Shown one piece after another: positions 34,903 to 45,965 of a DNA stretch of 64,000 nucleotides. Both the position numbers and the translations under genes were made by a program. Below the pieces are notes generated by a model. It had not been told where the DNA came from. It did not search any database and saw only the letters and a list, made by a program, of their open reading frames with translations. Source of the stretch: Bacteroidota bacterium. GTDB taxonomy: Bacteria; Bacteroidota; Bacteroidia; Chitinophagales; Chitinophagaceae. Location of the stretch: positions 140,856 to 204,855 of the forward strand of contig JADJJH010000007.1 in the NCBI GenBank assembly GCA_016706595.1, in the 5' to 3' direction. Every line of letters begins with the position of its first letter. Within the stretch, counting starts at the first letter, position 1.

Positions 34903-37900
34903 ATGAAAAGAATTTTTACCTCGCTTGTAGTCTTATTCGCATTTTTTTATCAAGGACAAGCCCAGTTGCTTCCGGCTAATCAATGCGAAAGTCAAACCCC
35001 ATGTAATGCAAAACCCCTTTGTGGAACGGTAATTAACAGTACTTTTTCGTATTCTACTACGCCGGCTTTCAATCCGGTAGGGACTTGTGCTAGTTCGACA
35101 GGTACTTTTTCGTATACCTCAAATTGGATGTATTATAAATTCACTTGCTACACAACCGGCACATTCAATTTTCGATTAAATGCAAATGATAGCGCATCGG
35201 ATATGGATTGGGCTATTTGGGATATTACCTCTTCGGGATGTGGCGCCATTTCTGGTGCGAATTTGATTGAATGTAATGCCGCAGGAAATGGTCCAACAGG
35301 AATTCAAACCGGTGGTATACCGGCAGCTAATTTCGAACCCAATCTTACCATCACTGCAGGTTCAACGTATATCTTAGGAATTAGTAATCCAAGTGGTTTA
35401 AATACTAGCGGTTTCAACATGCAGTTTGCTGGAACGACCGCAAATATCTTGGATAATAGAAAACCATATATGGCTTCTATGTTACCTTTCGATCCATGTA
35501 ATCCTATCAATTCAGTTCGTATTAAACTTTCGGAGCAAGTTCGATGTTCTCAATTAGGTGTAGGTGTTGATTTTACGATTTCGCCTGCAACACCTGCATT
35601 TACTGTAACACCAGGTGCTAATTGCCCGGGTTGTGTAAACGCTGCACCCAATGCTGCACCCACTTTTGCCAATGCTACAGATACGGCTACTTTAACTTTT
35701 GTAACCAATCTTGCCCCTGGCACTTATACCATCACAGCCGTTGCGAATGCCTTTTTCGATTTATGTGGTAATTCCGATTCGGTACCTAAAACCCTTGTGT
35801 TTACTGTGCCCGGAACCTTTCAAGCCCAAGTACATACCGGTTTTGATTGTGTAAATATTAAATATGTAGATACCGTTTGTGGTGTTTTTGGTACTTCACC
35901 CTATCAATATAAAGCGGTTGGTGGAAGTTTGCCTGCATCGGCAGGAACCTATGGTGCTGCTACCGCAGGATGTGCAATTTATTCAGTATCAGGCGGTTCG
36001 CCAGTAACGTATACAATTAAAGATGCGGCAGGTTGCGAGCAAGATACTACCATCACACGTGCTTCGGTATTAGCTTTAGGTGCACCCAACTTAAGTTTAA
36101 GTGCCGGCCCGCCATGCCACGATCAATTTAGTTTAGATTCACTATATGTATCATCTGTTTCGGGTGGTACACCACCTTATACATTTTCGGTAGCGCCTGC
36201 TTTGGCTGGTATGACCAACCCTGCTCCCGGTTTATGGAAGAACTTGATATTTTCGGCTGGGGTATCATTCACTGTAACAGTTACCGATGCCAATGGTTGT
36301 ACCAAAACCGGTGTAAGAAATTTGATTAATCCAACCTTATTGAATTTACCGCTTCCAACAATTACCAATCCAATTTGTGCCGGTGATAGTAATGGTAAGC
36401 TATGTTTTTCAGCTACAGGAGGAACCCCCAATTATAGTTATTTAATCAATCCCACTTATCCTTCGGTAACTTTAACTACCGGTCCGAATTGCTTTAACGC
36501 TTTACCGGCAGGTATTTACACTATCACAGTGGCTGATGCAAATGCTTGTACTGCCACAGCATCACGAACTTTAAATTCACCACCAATTATAAATATTATT
36601 ACGTCGGCGGTTACTCTGCAACAACCTACTTGCCCTAACCCATGTTTAGGTAAGTATACCCCGGTAGCAACCGGTGGTACCGGCTCAAAAAAATTCTATT
36701 TATACCCACAAGTCACGGCAACAACTTGGACCGATTCGGTAATTGTTTCGGGCGGTGCTTTTGACACCCTTTGCCAAGGTACTTATACCGTAATGTGTAA
36801 AGACGTTTTAGGTTGTACAAATACGGCCACATTTACACTTGCCTTACCACCCATTCCGGTTATTAATGTAACAACTATTAATCCGGTGCCATGTTTTGGA
36901 GGTACAGGAAGTATATTAGTAAATATTACTACACCAACTACTCCTTATACCAGTGCATCGTATACTTATAGTCCGGCGCCAATTACGGGTGTAACTATTA
37001 CAACTTCAGGCGCAGGCGGAATTAATGCAACCTATGCAGGCTTACCGGCAGGCACTTACGATTTAATGATTACCAATGCCAACGGATGTAAGGACACAGT
37101 TTTTGGTGTGGTCATGCCTGAACCATCTGCACCTGTAACGTATTCTTCGGTGGTTGTTGATAGTGTTTTATGCTTTGGAACCGCAACCGGAACCATAACC
37201 GCACAAGCAACTGGTGGTACTTTAGGTGCAAATACTTATCAATATGCTATTAAATTTGGAGCAGGAGCATTCTCTGCTTTTTCGGCGCCCACGCTTGCCC
37301 CTTTTAGTTTTACGAATAAAGCAGCAGGCACTTATACCATAAGAGTGCGAGATCATAATCTATGTATCAAAGATTCGGTAGTAACTATTTATCAGCCTAC
37401 AAAACTTAATTTATTGCTCGATGATATTGATGCAACTTGTTTTGGAACTTCAGATGGTGAAATTTGTGTAGTAGATACAGGCGGTACGCCAGGTTATCAA
37501 TACAAATTAGGTGTTGCAGGAATTTATAGTGCGGCACAACCTGCTGGTTTGCCTTATTGCTTTGGTAGTTTGGCAGCAGGAACTTATTCTATATTTACCA
37601 TAGATGCTAAAGGATGTTTAGATACTTTAGTGAGTACGGTATTACCGATTGCTTTACCGATAGTTTCATTTACTGCAACTCCAAACGATACGGTTTGTAA
37701 TGGAACAGCCATTACACTATGTGGAACCGGCACAGATAGCTATAGTTGGTCCGGTTCAATATCAGATTGTAGTGCTTTTGTGCCTTCATTGGGAGCATCA
37801 AGTTATACCGTAATTGGTACTGATGTTACCACAGGTTGTACAAACACAGCTGTTGCTAATGTTTTAGTAAATCCAATTCCGGTAATGGTGCAACCTGCAA

Positions 37901-40900
37901 ACCAACAACTTTGTAATGGTGCATTAACCGCTGCTGTGAATTTTGCAAGTTCAGTAGGTGGTTCAACATTTAGCTGGACGAACAACGATGTTTCAATAGG
38001 TTTAGGTGCAAGTGGTACAGGAAATATCACACCATTTATAGCAACCAATACGGGCTCAACACCTGTTACAGCAACCATAACGGTTACACCAACCGGTCCA
38101 TCATCTACATTTTGTGTAGGTGCATCAATTACATTTACTATCACCGTTGACCCAACACCTAATGTGACACCTATCAGTGATCAAACCTTATGTGCAGGCG
38201 ACTTTACGAACATCGTAAACTTTGGAAGTAATGTAACTGGAACAACTTTTAACTGGAGTAACTCAAATCCAGCAATTGGTATTGCGGGACCTCCACCGGT
38301 TTCAAACGTACCCTCGTTTTTAGCTACTAATGCAGGTGCAACAGCAATTACCGGTTTATTTACCGTAACATCAACTGGACCTTTACCAACTTCATGTATC
38401 GGTACCAATACAACTTTCAATATTACGGTTGATCCGATTCCGGTTTTAACCGATCCTGCCAATCAGGTGGTTTGTAACGGAGCTTCAACAACCGCTGTAA
38501 ATTTTGTTTCAACCGTTTTTGGTACTTCTTTTTCTTGGACGAATTCAGATCCTAGTATTGGATTAGCAGCTTCTGGTTCTGGAAATATTGCTGCGTTTAC
38601 TGCAATCAATACATCAAATGTACCTGTTGTAGCAACTATAACGATTATCCCAACTGGTCCGGCACCAACATCTTGTGTTGGTAATACCCAAAGCTTTACC
38701 ATCACTGTTAATCCAACACCAATATTGTCGTCAATCACAGATGAACAACTTTGTGCAGGCGATGCAACCACAGCCGTTGTCTTTAATAGCAGCGTTGCGG
38801 GTACAACTTTCAACTGGACGAATACAAATATATTAATTGGCTTAGGTGCTTCAGGTGGACCGGCTTTAGGTATTCCAAGTTTTACCGCAACCAATTCAGG
38901 TAATGTGCCAATTACAGGAGATATAACCATCATTCCAACCGCATCGCTTTGTATAGGTTCATCAGTAACTTATTCTGTTACCGTTGATCCACTTCCGGTT
39001 TTAACCGATCCTGATAATCAAACATTATGTGAATCGGCAAATACCACAGCAGTTACTTTTGTAAGTAATGTAATTGGTACCACATTTAACTGGACAAACG
39101 ATCAGCCAGGTATTGGTTTATTAGCTAGTGGTTCAGGAGATATTCCTTCATTTACAGCCATCAATAATGGTAGCACCTCTATTGTGGCCACCATAACGGT
39201 TACGCCATACGGACCTAACCCAACAACTTGTATGGGTGCAGCACAAACGTTTACCATTACAGTTTTACCACGACAAAATCCTTCATTTACCTATCCAGCA
39301 TCAACGTATTGTCAAACCGGTACTAATCCGGCTCCTGTGTTTGGTGCAGGTGCAACACCGGGAGGTACATTCACTTCAACACCGGTAGGTCTATCAATTA
39401 ATCCAACAACAGGTATTATAAACTTAGTTGCCAGTATTGCTCCTGTTACCTATACTGTAAAATATGTAACCCCTGGGCCTTGTCCAGATTCATCAACTTT
39501 TAATGTTACGATTACGAATGCACAAGATGCAAGCTTTGGATATGGTGCAGCCAGCTATTGTCAAAATGGATCTACCTCTCCAACTTTCCCATCTGGTGCT
39601 AGTGCAGGTTTATTTAGTGCAACACCTGCAGGTTTAACATTTATAAATGTAAACACCGGTGAAATTGATTTAACCAATAGCAATGCCGGTACTTATACCG
39701 TTAAAAACTTATTAGTGGCTTCAGGCGGATGTGCTGCAGATTCAGCAACCACCATCGTTACCATTGATTCAACCACCGTACTAAATGCAATTTCTAATGT
39801 AAGTGTTTGTAATAATGTAGCGAGCTTACCTATTAACTTTAGTAGTTCGGTTGCAGGTACAACTTATGCATGGACAAATAGTAATACAGCTATTGGTTTA
39901 GGCGGAAGTGGCACTGGAAGTGTACCATCATTTGTTCCAATTAATACAGGTACTACATCTATCACAGCAACCATCACGGTAACATCAACCGGTCCGGCAC
40001 CGAATTTCTGCGTTGGCTTAGACCAAACTTTTATTATCACTGTAAATCCTACACCAGTAATCACCGACCCTTCAGATGTTGTGGTTTGTGCTGGTGACAT
40101 CACTAATTTAATTTCATTTGTAAGTAATGTAACAGGTTCAACGTTTACATGGACAAATACGAATACCGCTATTGGTTTGCCTGCTGGCCCTTTAACAGGC
40201 GATATCAATCCATTCTTAGCAACCAATCCGGGATCAACGGCGATTTTTGGAATTATTAATGTGGCGCCAATTGCTAATGGTTGTCAGGGTGCATTTTCAA
40301 ACTTTTTAATTTCTGTAGAACCATTACCGGTTATGACAGATCCAACAGATCAGGTAGTTTGTACAGGACAAGCTACTGCACCGGTTAATTTTGTAAGCAC
40401 CGTGAGTGGAACTATTTATAGTTGGACAAATAATGAACCGGGTATTGGATTACTTGGTTCAGGTTCTGGAAATATTCCATCTTTTGTTGCAGTAAATACC
40501 GGTACAACGCCAATTGTAGCAACCATCACGGTAACTACTACCGGACCGGCAACTACATTCTGCGTAGGTAACACACAAACCTTTACGATTACTGTATTAC
40601 CATTACAAGATCCTTCATTTACATATGCTTCTTCAACATATTGTCAAACGGGTACTAATCCTTCTCCAATTTTTGGTGGAAGCACTGCCTTAGGTGGAAC
40701 CTTTAGTGCAACACCTGCAGGTTTATCCATTAATCCGGCTTCAGGGTTAATTAATTTAGCGGCAAGTTTAACTAACACTTATACAGTTCAATATGTAACC
40801 CCTGGTCCTTGTCCTGATTCAACAACTTATTTAGTAACAATAACAAATGCACAAGATGCAAGCTTTAGTTATAGCGCGGCAAGTTATTGTCAAACCGGCA

Positions 40901-43900
40901 CTACCTTGCCAAGTTTCCCTACAGGTGCAAGTGCAGGTATTTTTAGTGCAACACCTGCAGGTATGAGTTTTGTGAATGTGAATACAGGCGAAATTAATTT
41001 AGCCGGAAGTAATGCAGGAACCTATACCGTGAAGAACTTATTAGTGGCTTCGGGTGGATGTGCTGCCGATTCATTTACTACGGTAGTAACCATAGATTCT
41101 ACAACGGTATTAACTGATCCAAATGATCAAACTGTTTGTAATGGAACGGGTACAGCACTAGTAAACTTTATCACTTCGGTGGCAGGGTCAACAGTAGCTT
41201 GGACAAATAACACAACATCTATTGGTTTAGGTGGAAGTGGTACAGGAAATATACCAGCGTTTACAGCCGTAAATAATGGCACTAACCCGGTAACTGCAAC
41301 CATTACGGTTACACCAACCGGACCAGGACCAAATTTCTGTGTAGGTCAATCACAAGTATTTACCATTACCGTAAATCCAACACCGGTGCTTACCGATCCT
41401 GCAGATCAAACCGTTTGTGTTGGAACTAATACAACAGCAGTTAACTTTAATAGTAATGTTGCCGGTAGTACATTTAGTTGGACTAACAGCAATATAAATA
41501 TCGGAATCGGTGCTGGTCCAACACCTGGTAACCTTCCTAGCTTCTTAGCAACTAATCCAGGTTCAACACCAATTACAGGTATTTTTACAGTAACCCCATC
41601 TGGTCCGGCGCCAACTTCATGTGTGGGTGCTAACCAAACATTTAGTATCACTGTTGATCCTAATGCAACGCTTACACTTACTTCTGCAGCAGGTACTAAT
41701 GCACAAACTGTTTGTATTAATTCACCAATAACTAATATTACTTATTTGGTTGGCGCAACAGGAAATAATGCAACAGTGGCTGGTTTGCCAACAAATCTTA
41801 CTTCTAATTATAATCCAGGCACTCAAGTTTTCACAATCAGTGGAACGCCAAATGTGAGTGGTTTGTATACTTATACAGTTACGGCAACAGGCTCATGCGG
41901 ACCGGTTACGGCAACTGGAACAATTAATGTAACCCCAATTCAAAATGCAGGATTCTCATATCCTCAATCTACTTATTGTCAATCGGCTGCACCAGCAGTT
42001 GCAACTATCACAGGTGTTTCGGGAGGAAGCTTTAGTGCAAGTCCTGCAGGTTTAGTATGGGCTTTAGCACCGGCTGCACCCGGAACAATTAATGTTTCTG
42101 GAAGTGCAGTAGGTACTTATACAGTAACTTATACAACACCAGGGCCTTGTCCGGGAAGCAGCACATTTGTAGTCAATATTGTTACCTTACCTGTGGCAAC
42201 CTTCTCGTATGCTTCAAGTAGCTATTGCCAGTCTGCTACAAATCCTTCACCAATTTATCCATTAGGTGCAAGTGCAGGAACCTTTACAGTTACACCAGCA
42301 GGTATTACTTGGATGCCATCACCTGCAGCACCTGGAACTATCAATTTATTAGGAAGTTCTGCGGGTACGTATACAGTAACCAATTCAATAGCTGCGTCAG
42401 GCGCTTGTCCGGCGGTATCGGCTACCTTTGTAGTAACCATTACTTCTAAACCAACATTGTCTTTAGTTTCATCAACTGCAGCATCATGTGCTCCGGGTTG
42501 TGATGGAACAGCAACAACAAGTGTTACCGGTGGTGCACCAGCATTTGCTTATTCAATCGCAGCTCCTCCAGGAACAGGTTGTCCAGCAGCAATTAATGCA
42601 GCAGGTGTTGCTACAGGTTTAAAATCAGGTACTGTGTACACAATTACAGTTATCGATGCCAACTCATGTTCGGGTACACTTACTGTGAGTGTAGGTACAA
42701 CGCCTTCTCCAATTATCACATTAAGTGGTCAAACAAATACTACAACACCAACGAACTGTGATGGTACTGCATTAGTTTCAACAATTAGTGGAACACCAGC
42801 TTATGCTTATACAATTAGTGGACCTGCCGGGTCGCCAATTATTAATGCATTAGGCCAAGCTTCTGCTTTATGTGATACATGTTATTTAATTACGGTTACA
42901 GATATTAAAGGTTGTACCGATACGGTTACAACTTGTATTCAATCGCCTGGTGCTTTACTAGTTACAGTACCTGCAGCTAGTATTGTAAATGTGAGTTGTA
43001 ATGGAGGTTCAAATGGTTCGTTTGATGCCAACTCATCAGGCGGAACTGCACCGATTACTTTCAGTATTGCACCTTCAGGAACTATTAACCCAACTACCGG
43101 TATTGCAACAGGTTTACCTTTTGGAACGTATACGGTTACGGCTACCGATTCAAATGGTATTATCGCGAACGCCGTTGTCAATATTTCGCAACCTGCTATC
43201 ATTACTTTTAATGCACCATCAATTACTTCACCAACTTGTGTTCCGGGTTGCGATGGAATTATATCTATTGTGGCCATTGGCGGTACCGGTCCTAAAACAT
43301 ATCAAATTCAAGTGCCGGTTGGTTCACTTTGTGGTACACCAACTCAAAATACACCAGGCGTATTTGGTGGTTTAGGAACAGGTACTTATACCATAACCGC
43401 TACCGATTCTTTACTTTGTGTTGGAACTACTACTGTGGTGGTAAATCCTTCCGTAGGACCAACATTTGTAAGTGTTACACCAACAGACCCTTCATGTAAT
43501 AACCAGTGTAATGGTAGTATTAATGTAATAACTAATGGTGGTACATCACCTATCAACTATTCAATTATAAGTCCGGTTGGTTCAAGTTGTACACCAACAC
43601 AATCGGCCCCAACTTCGGGTAACTTCACCACATTGGGTTCGGGTACTTATACCATTGTTGTAAGCGATGCAAATAGTTGCACTATTTCAACAACGGTAAC
43701 TTTAATTAATCCTCCTTTATTGGTATTAAATTCACCAAGTAGCACTAATCCAATGTGTAATGCCATGTGTAATGGTACGATTACTTTAACTGCTTCTGGT
43801 GGAACGGGTACTTTAACGTATACAGTAAATCCAGGCGCATTAAGTAATACTACCGGTTTATTCAATACACTTTGTGCAGGAACTTACACAGTAGTTGTTA

Positions 43901-45657
43901 CTGATACTAAAGGATGTAGTGCAAGTAATACGGTGAGTTTAGTTGATCCTTCGGTTTTGAGTTGGACAACGGCTACGCATACCGATATATTATGTAATGG
44001 ACAAACAAATGGTACGATAACCACCTTAGCAAGCGGCGGTACAGGAACTAAAGAATACTCAAAAGATGGGGCTATTTATTTCCCTACTGGAAACTTCACC
44101 GGTTTAGCAGCAGGTAGTTATACCATTACGGCAAAAGATGCAAATGGTTGTACTATTACTACTTCATTTACCATTGTTGAACCACCTGCATTATCATTAA
44201 GTAATCCTCTGGTACAAAATGTTTTATGTAATGGCACCAATACGGGCTCAATTAATATCAGTGCCATTGGCGGTACGCCTGGTTATTCCTTTACCCTAAC
44301 ACCGGGTGGAACTACCAATACAACAGGTGTATTTAATAATTTACCTGCAGGCACTTATGCAGTTACTGTTACAGATGCTTCAGGATGTCAAAGTAATGTA
44401 AGTGGTATTTTACTAACCCAACCTGCGGTGTTACAATTCACTTTAGCGAATCACCAAAATGTGGCATGCTTTGGCGATGCAACCGGTTCAATAACTACAA
44501 CAACATCAGGCGGAACACCGACTGTTGTATTTAATTTATTGCCAAATATTGGCATACAAGGTCCAGCCGGATTCTTCGCAAACTTAACAGCTGGAACCTA
44601 TACGGTTATTGCAAGCGATGCTAATAATTGTATTATAAGTACGGTAATTACAATTACGCAAGGACCAGAAATCATCATTTCAAATACAACCATGGTTGAG
44701 CCAATTTGTAATGGCGATGCAAATGGAAGTATTTCTATCACAGCAAGCGGAGGAACAGGTCAATTGAAATACCAATTGAACGGAGGAACTTTACAAACAG
44801 ATACTGTTTTCAATAATCTTACAGCCGGTATGTATGTAATTAACGTTGTGGATGCATTAGGATGTTCGGTGAGTACTGTAGTCATTGTTAAAGAACCAGA
44901 GCCGGTTGGTGCTACTATCAACTTAATGGATGCGAATTGCGTAGATTCTGAAGACGGCAAAGCATTTATTATTGGTACCGGCGGTCGAGGTGGATACAAG
45001 TATTATATAACTCCTGGATTACATATCAATAAATCAGGCATTTTTGTTGGCTTAGCAGCAGGAACTTATACCCTTAAAGTGCAGGATACCGTGGGTTGCG
45101 AATATGTAACTACGATCATCATCAATCCACCTTCAAACCCATTAAACAATACCATCACTAAGCAAGATTTAGCATGTCATGGCGTAGGTAACGAGGGAAG
45201 TGCAACAGCAAATGTATCAGGCGGAACACCTCCATATACTTATTTATGGAGTACGAAACCGGTACAAACAGGCAATAAAGCAACGACCTTGTATTTTGGA
45301 TATTATGATGTAATTGTGAATGACGCTAATGGTTGTACCATACGTGATACAGTGTATATCGAAGAAGGTCCTTGCTGCGATGTAGCCTTTATTCCAAATG
45401 CCTTCTCACCAAATGGTGACCAAAATAACGACGAATTTAGAGTACTTACAACCGCAGGTGTAGAGTTAATTCAACTAGAAATATATAGTCGTTGGGGTAA
45501 ACGCGTTTGGTCAACCATCGATTATCGTAAAGGTTGGGATGGTATGATTGAAGGTAAGGAAGCCGCAATTGATACCTACTATTATATTCTTCGCTATAAA
45601 TGTACACGCGACAATAGTACCTATACCCGCAAAGGTGATGTATTATTGGTAAGATAA
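34903..45657 (+). CDS. Giant SprB-like cell-surface repeat protein with T9SS type B (gliding-motility) C-terminal domain
   Basis: 3584 aa with a signal peptide. Carries many SprB-type repeats (CxGxxNG...GGTxPYxY) and 10 copies of a ~95-aa module marked by xWTN...IG(L/I). The C-terminus reads FIPNAFSPNGDQNNDEF...KGDVLLVR. Confidence 0.85.
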   Translation: MKRIFTSLVVLFAFFYQGQAQLLPANQCESQTPCNAKPLCGTVINSTFSYSTTPAFNPVGTCASSTGTFSYTSNWMYYKFTCYTTGTFNFRLNANDSASDMDWAIWDITSSGCGAISGANLIECNAAGNGPTGIQTGGIPAANFEPNLTITAGSTYILGISNPSGLNTSGFNMQFAGTTANILDNRKPYMASMLPFDPCNPINSVRIKLSEQVRCSQLGVGVDFTISPATPAFTVTPGANCPGCVNAAPNAAPTFANATDTATLTFVTNLAPGTYTITAVANAFFDLCGNSDSVPKTLVFTVPGTFQAQVHTGFDCVNIKYVDTVCGVFGTSPYQYKAVGGSLPASAGTYGAATAGCAIYSVSGGSPVTYTIKDAAGCEQDTTITRASVLALGAPNLSLSAGPPCHDQFSLDSLYVSSVSGGTPPYTFSVAPALAGMTNPAPGLWKNLIFSAGVSFTVTVTDANGCTKTGVRNLINPTLLNLPLPTITNPICAGDSNGKLCFSATGGTPNYSYLINPTYPSVTLTTGPNCFNALPAGIYTITVADANACTATASRTLNSPPIINIITSAVTLQQPTCPNPCLGKYTPVATGGTGSKKFYLYPQVTATTWTDSVIVSGGAFDTLCQGTYTVMCKDVLGCTNTATFTLALPPIPVINVTTINPVPCFGGTGSILVNITTPTTPYTSASYTYSPAPITGVTITTSGAGGINATYAGLPAGTYDLMITNANGCKDTVFGVVMPEPSAPVTYSSVVVDSVLCFGTATGTITAQATGGTLGANTYQYAIKFGAGAFSAFSAPTLAPFSFTNKAAGTYTIRVRDHNLCIKDSVVTIYQPTKLNLLLDDIDATCFGTSDGEICVVDTGGTPGYQYKLGVAGIYSAAQPAGLPYCFGSLAAGTYSIFTIDAKGCLDTLVSTVLPIALPIVSFTATPNDTVCNGTAITLCGTGTDSYSWSGSISDCSAFVPSLGASSYTVIGTDVTTGCTNTAVANVLVNPIPVMVQPANQQLCNGALTAAVNFASSVGGSTFSWTNNDVSIGLGASGTGNITPFIATNTGSTPVTATITVTPTGPSSTFCVGASITFTITVDPTPNVTPISDQTLCAGDFTNIVNFGSNVTGTTFNWSNSNPAIGIAGPPPVSNVPSFLATNAGATAITGLFTVTSTGPLPTSCIGTNTTFNITVDPIPVLTDPANQVVCNGASTTAVNFVSTVFGTSFSWTNSDPSIGLAASGSGNIAAFTAINTSNVPVVATITIIPTGPAPTSCVGNTQSFTITVNPTPILSSITDEQLCAGDATTAVVFNSSVAGTTFNWTNTNILIGLGASGGPALGIPSFTATNSGNVPITGDITIIPTASLCIGSSVTYSVTVDPLPVLTDPDNQTLCESANTTAVTFVSNVIGTTFNWTNDQPGIGLLASGSGDIPSFTAINNGSTSIVATITVTPYGPNPTTCMGAAQTFTITVLPRQNPSFTYPASTYCQTGTNPAPVFGAGATPGGTFTSTPVGLSINPTTGIINLVASIAPVTYTVKYVTPGPCPDSSTFNVTITNAQDASFGYGAASYCQNGSTSPTFPSGASAGLFSATPAGLTFINVNTGEIDLTNSNAGTYTVKNLLVASGGCAADSATTIVTIDSTTVLNAISNVSVCNNVASLPINFSSSVAGTTYAWTNSNTAIGLGGSGTGSVPSFVPINTGTTSITATITVTSTGPAPNFCVGLDQTFIITVNPTPVITDPSDVVVCAGDITNLISFVSNVTGSTFTWTNTNTAIGLPAGPLTGDINPFLATNPGSTAIFGIINVAPIANGCQGAFSNFLISVEPLPVMTDPTDQVVCTGQATAPVNFVSTVSGTIYSWTNNEPGIGLLGSGSGNIPSFVAVNTGTTPIVATITVTTTGPATTFCVGNTQTFTITVLPLQDPSFTYASSTYCQTGTNPSPIFGGSTALGGTFSATPAGLSINPASGLINLAASLTNTYTVQYVTPGPCPDSTTYLVTITNAQDASFSYSAASYCQTGTTLPSFPTGASAGIFSATPAGMSFVNVNTGEINLAGSNAGTYTVKNLLVASGGCAADSFTTVVTIDSTTVLTDPNDQTVCNGTGTALVNFITSVAGSTVAWTNNTTSIGLGGSGTGNIPAFTAVNNGTNPVTATITVTPTGPGPNFCVGQSQVFTITVNPTPVLTDPADQTVCVGTNTTAVNFNSNVAGSTFSWTNSNINIGIGAGPTPGNLPSFLATNPGSTPITGIFTVTPSGPAPTSCVGANQTFSITVDPNATLTLTSAAGTNAQTVCINSPITNITYLVGATGNNATVAGLPTNLTSNYNPGTQVFTISGTPNVSGLYTYTVTATGSCGPVTATGTINVTPIQNAGFSYPQSTYCQSAAPAVATITGVSGGSFSASPAGLVWALAPAAPGTINVSGSAVGTYTVTYTTPGPCPGSSTFVVNIVTLPVATFSYASSSYCQSATNPSPIYPLGASAGTFTVTPAGITWMPSPAAPGTINLLGSSAGTYTVTNSIAASGACPAVSATFVVTITSKPTLSLVSSTAASCAPGCDGTATTSVTGGAPAFAYSIAAPPGTGCPAAINAAGVATGLKSGTVYTITVIDANSCSGTLTVSVGTTPSPIITLSGQTNTTTPTNCDGTALVSTISGTPAYAYTISGPAGSPIINALGQASALCDTCYLITVTDIKGCTDTVTTCIQSPGALLVTVPAASIVNVSCNGGSNGSFDANSSGGTAPITFSIAPSGTINPTTGIATGLPFGTYTVTATDSNGIIANAVVNISQPAIITFNAPSITSPTCVPGCDGIISIVAIGGTGPKTYQIQVPVGSLCGTPTQNTPGVFGGLGTGTYTITATDSLLCVGTTTVVVNPSVGPTFVSVTPTDPSCNNQCNGSINVITNGGTSPINYSIISPVGSSCTPTQSAPTSGNFTTLGSGTYTIVVSDANSCTISTTVTLINPPLLVLNSPSSTNPMCNAMCNGTITLTASGGTGTLTYTVNPGALSNTTGLFNTLCAGTYTVVVTDTKGCSASNTVSLVDPSVLSWTTATHTDILCNGQTNGTITTLASGGTGTKEYSKDGAIYFPTGNFTGLAAGSYTITAKDANGCTITTSFTIVEPPALSLSNPLVQNVLCNGTNTGSINISAIGGTPGYSFTLTPGGTTNTTGVFNNLPAGTYAVTVTDASGCQSNVSGILLTQPAVLQFTLANHQNVACFGDATGSITTTTSGGTPTVVFNLLPNIGIQGPAGFFANLTAGTYTVIASDANNCIISTVITITQGPEIIISNTTMVEPICNGDANGSISITASGGTGQLKYQLNGGTLQTDTVFNNLTAGMYVINVVDALGCSVSTVVIVKEPEPVGATINLMDANCVDSEDGKAFIIGTGGRGGYKYYITPGLHINKSGIFVGLAAGTYTLKVQDTVGCEYVTTIIINPPSNPLNNTITKQDLACHGVGNEGSATANVSGGTPPYTYLWSTKPVQTGNKATTLYFGYYDVIVNDANGCTIRDTVYIEEGPCCDVAFIPNAFSPNGDQNNDEFRVLTTAGVELIQLEIYSRWGKRVWSTIDYRKGWDGMIEGKEAAIDTYYYILRYKCTRDNSTYTRKGDVLLVR

Positions 45658-45713
45658 TTTCAATGATAGCTGAACTGATAAACAGCTTACTTTATATTGA
45701 ACACTACTAAATT

Positions 45714-45742
45714 AAATCCCGCTAATTAGGCGGGATTTTTTT
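45714..45742 (+). terminator. Rho-independent terminator of the giant gene
   Basis: 9-bp stem AAATCCCGC / GCGGGATTT, 7-nt loop, then a T-run. Confidence 0.75.
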
Positions 45743-45965
45743 CTGCATATACTGAATACAGGATATAATAAGACCGTTACAACACCCTTACATAAGTTGC
45801 AGGAAATCAATTGGCTTCAAAATTCTTCGTTACTCAGTGCCGAAAGCTTTCGGGTTATCCATTCATTATCAATCAGAACTCATGTTAAAAATTTCTTGAA
45901 AGCCTCGAACATTTTTGCCAATTGATTTTTGCAACGGCCTTATATTTGCCGCTCAATTCAAAATT

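Noticed and set aside
35304-44999. About 14 minus-strand (and one or two plus-strand off-frame) ORFs of 60-156 aa inside the giant adhesin gene
   Set aside because: They lie entirely within, and antisense or out of frame to, a 10.7-kb ORF with clear repeat/domain structure and a T9SS C-terminal domain. Their sequences are low-complexity mirror images of the Thr/Gly/Asn/Val-rich coding strand.
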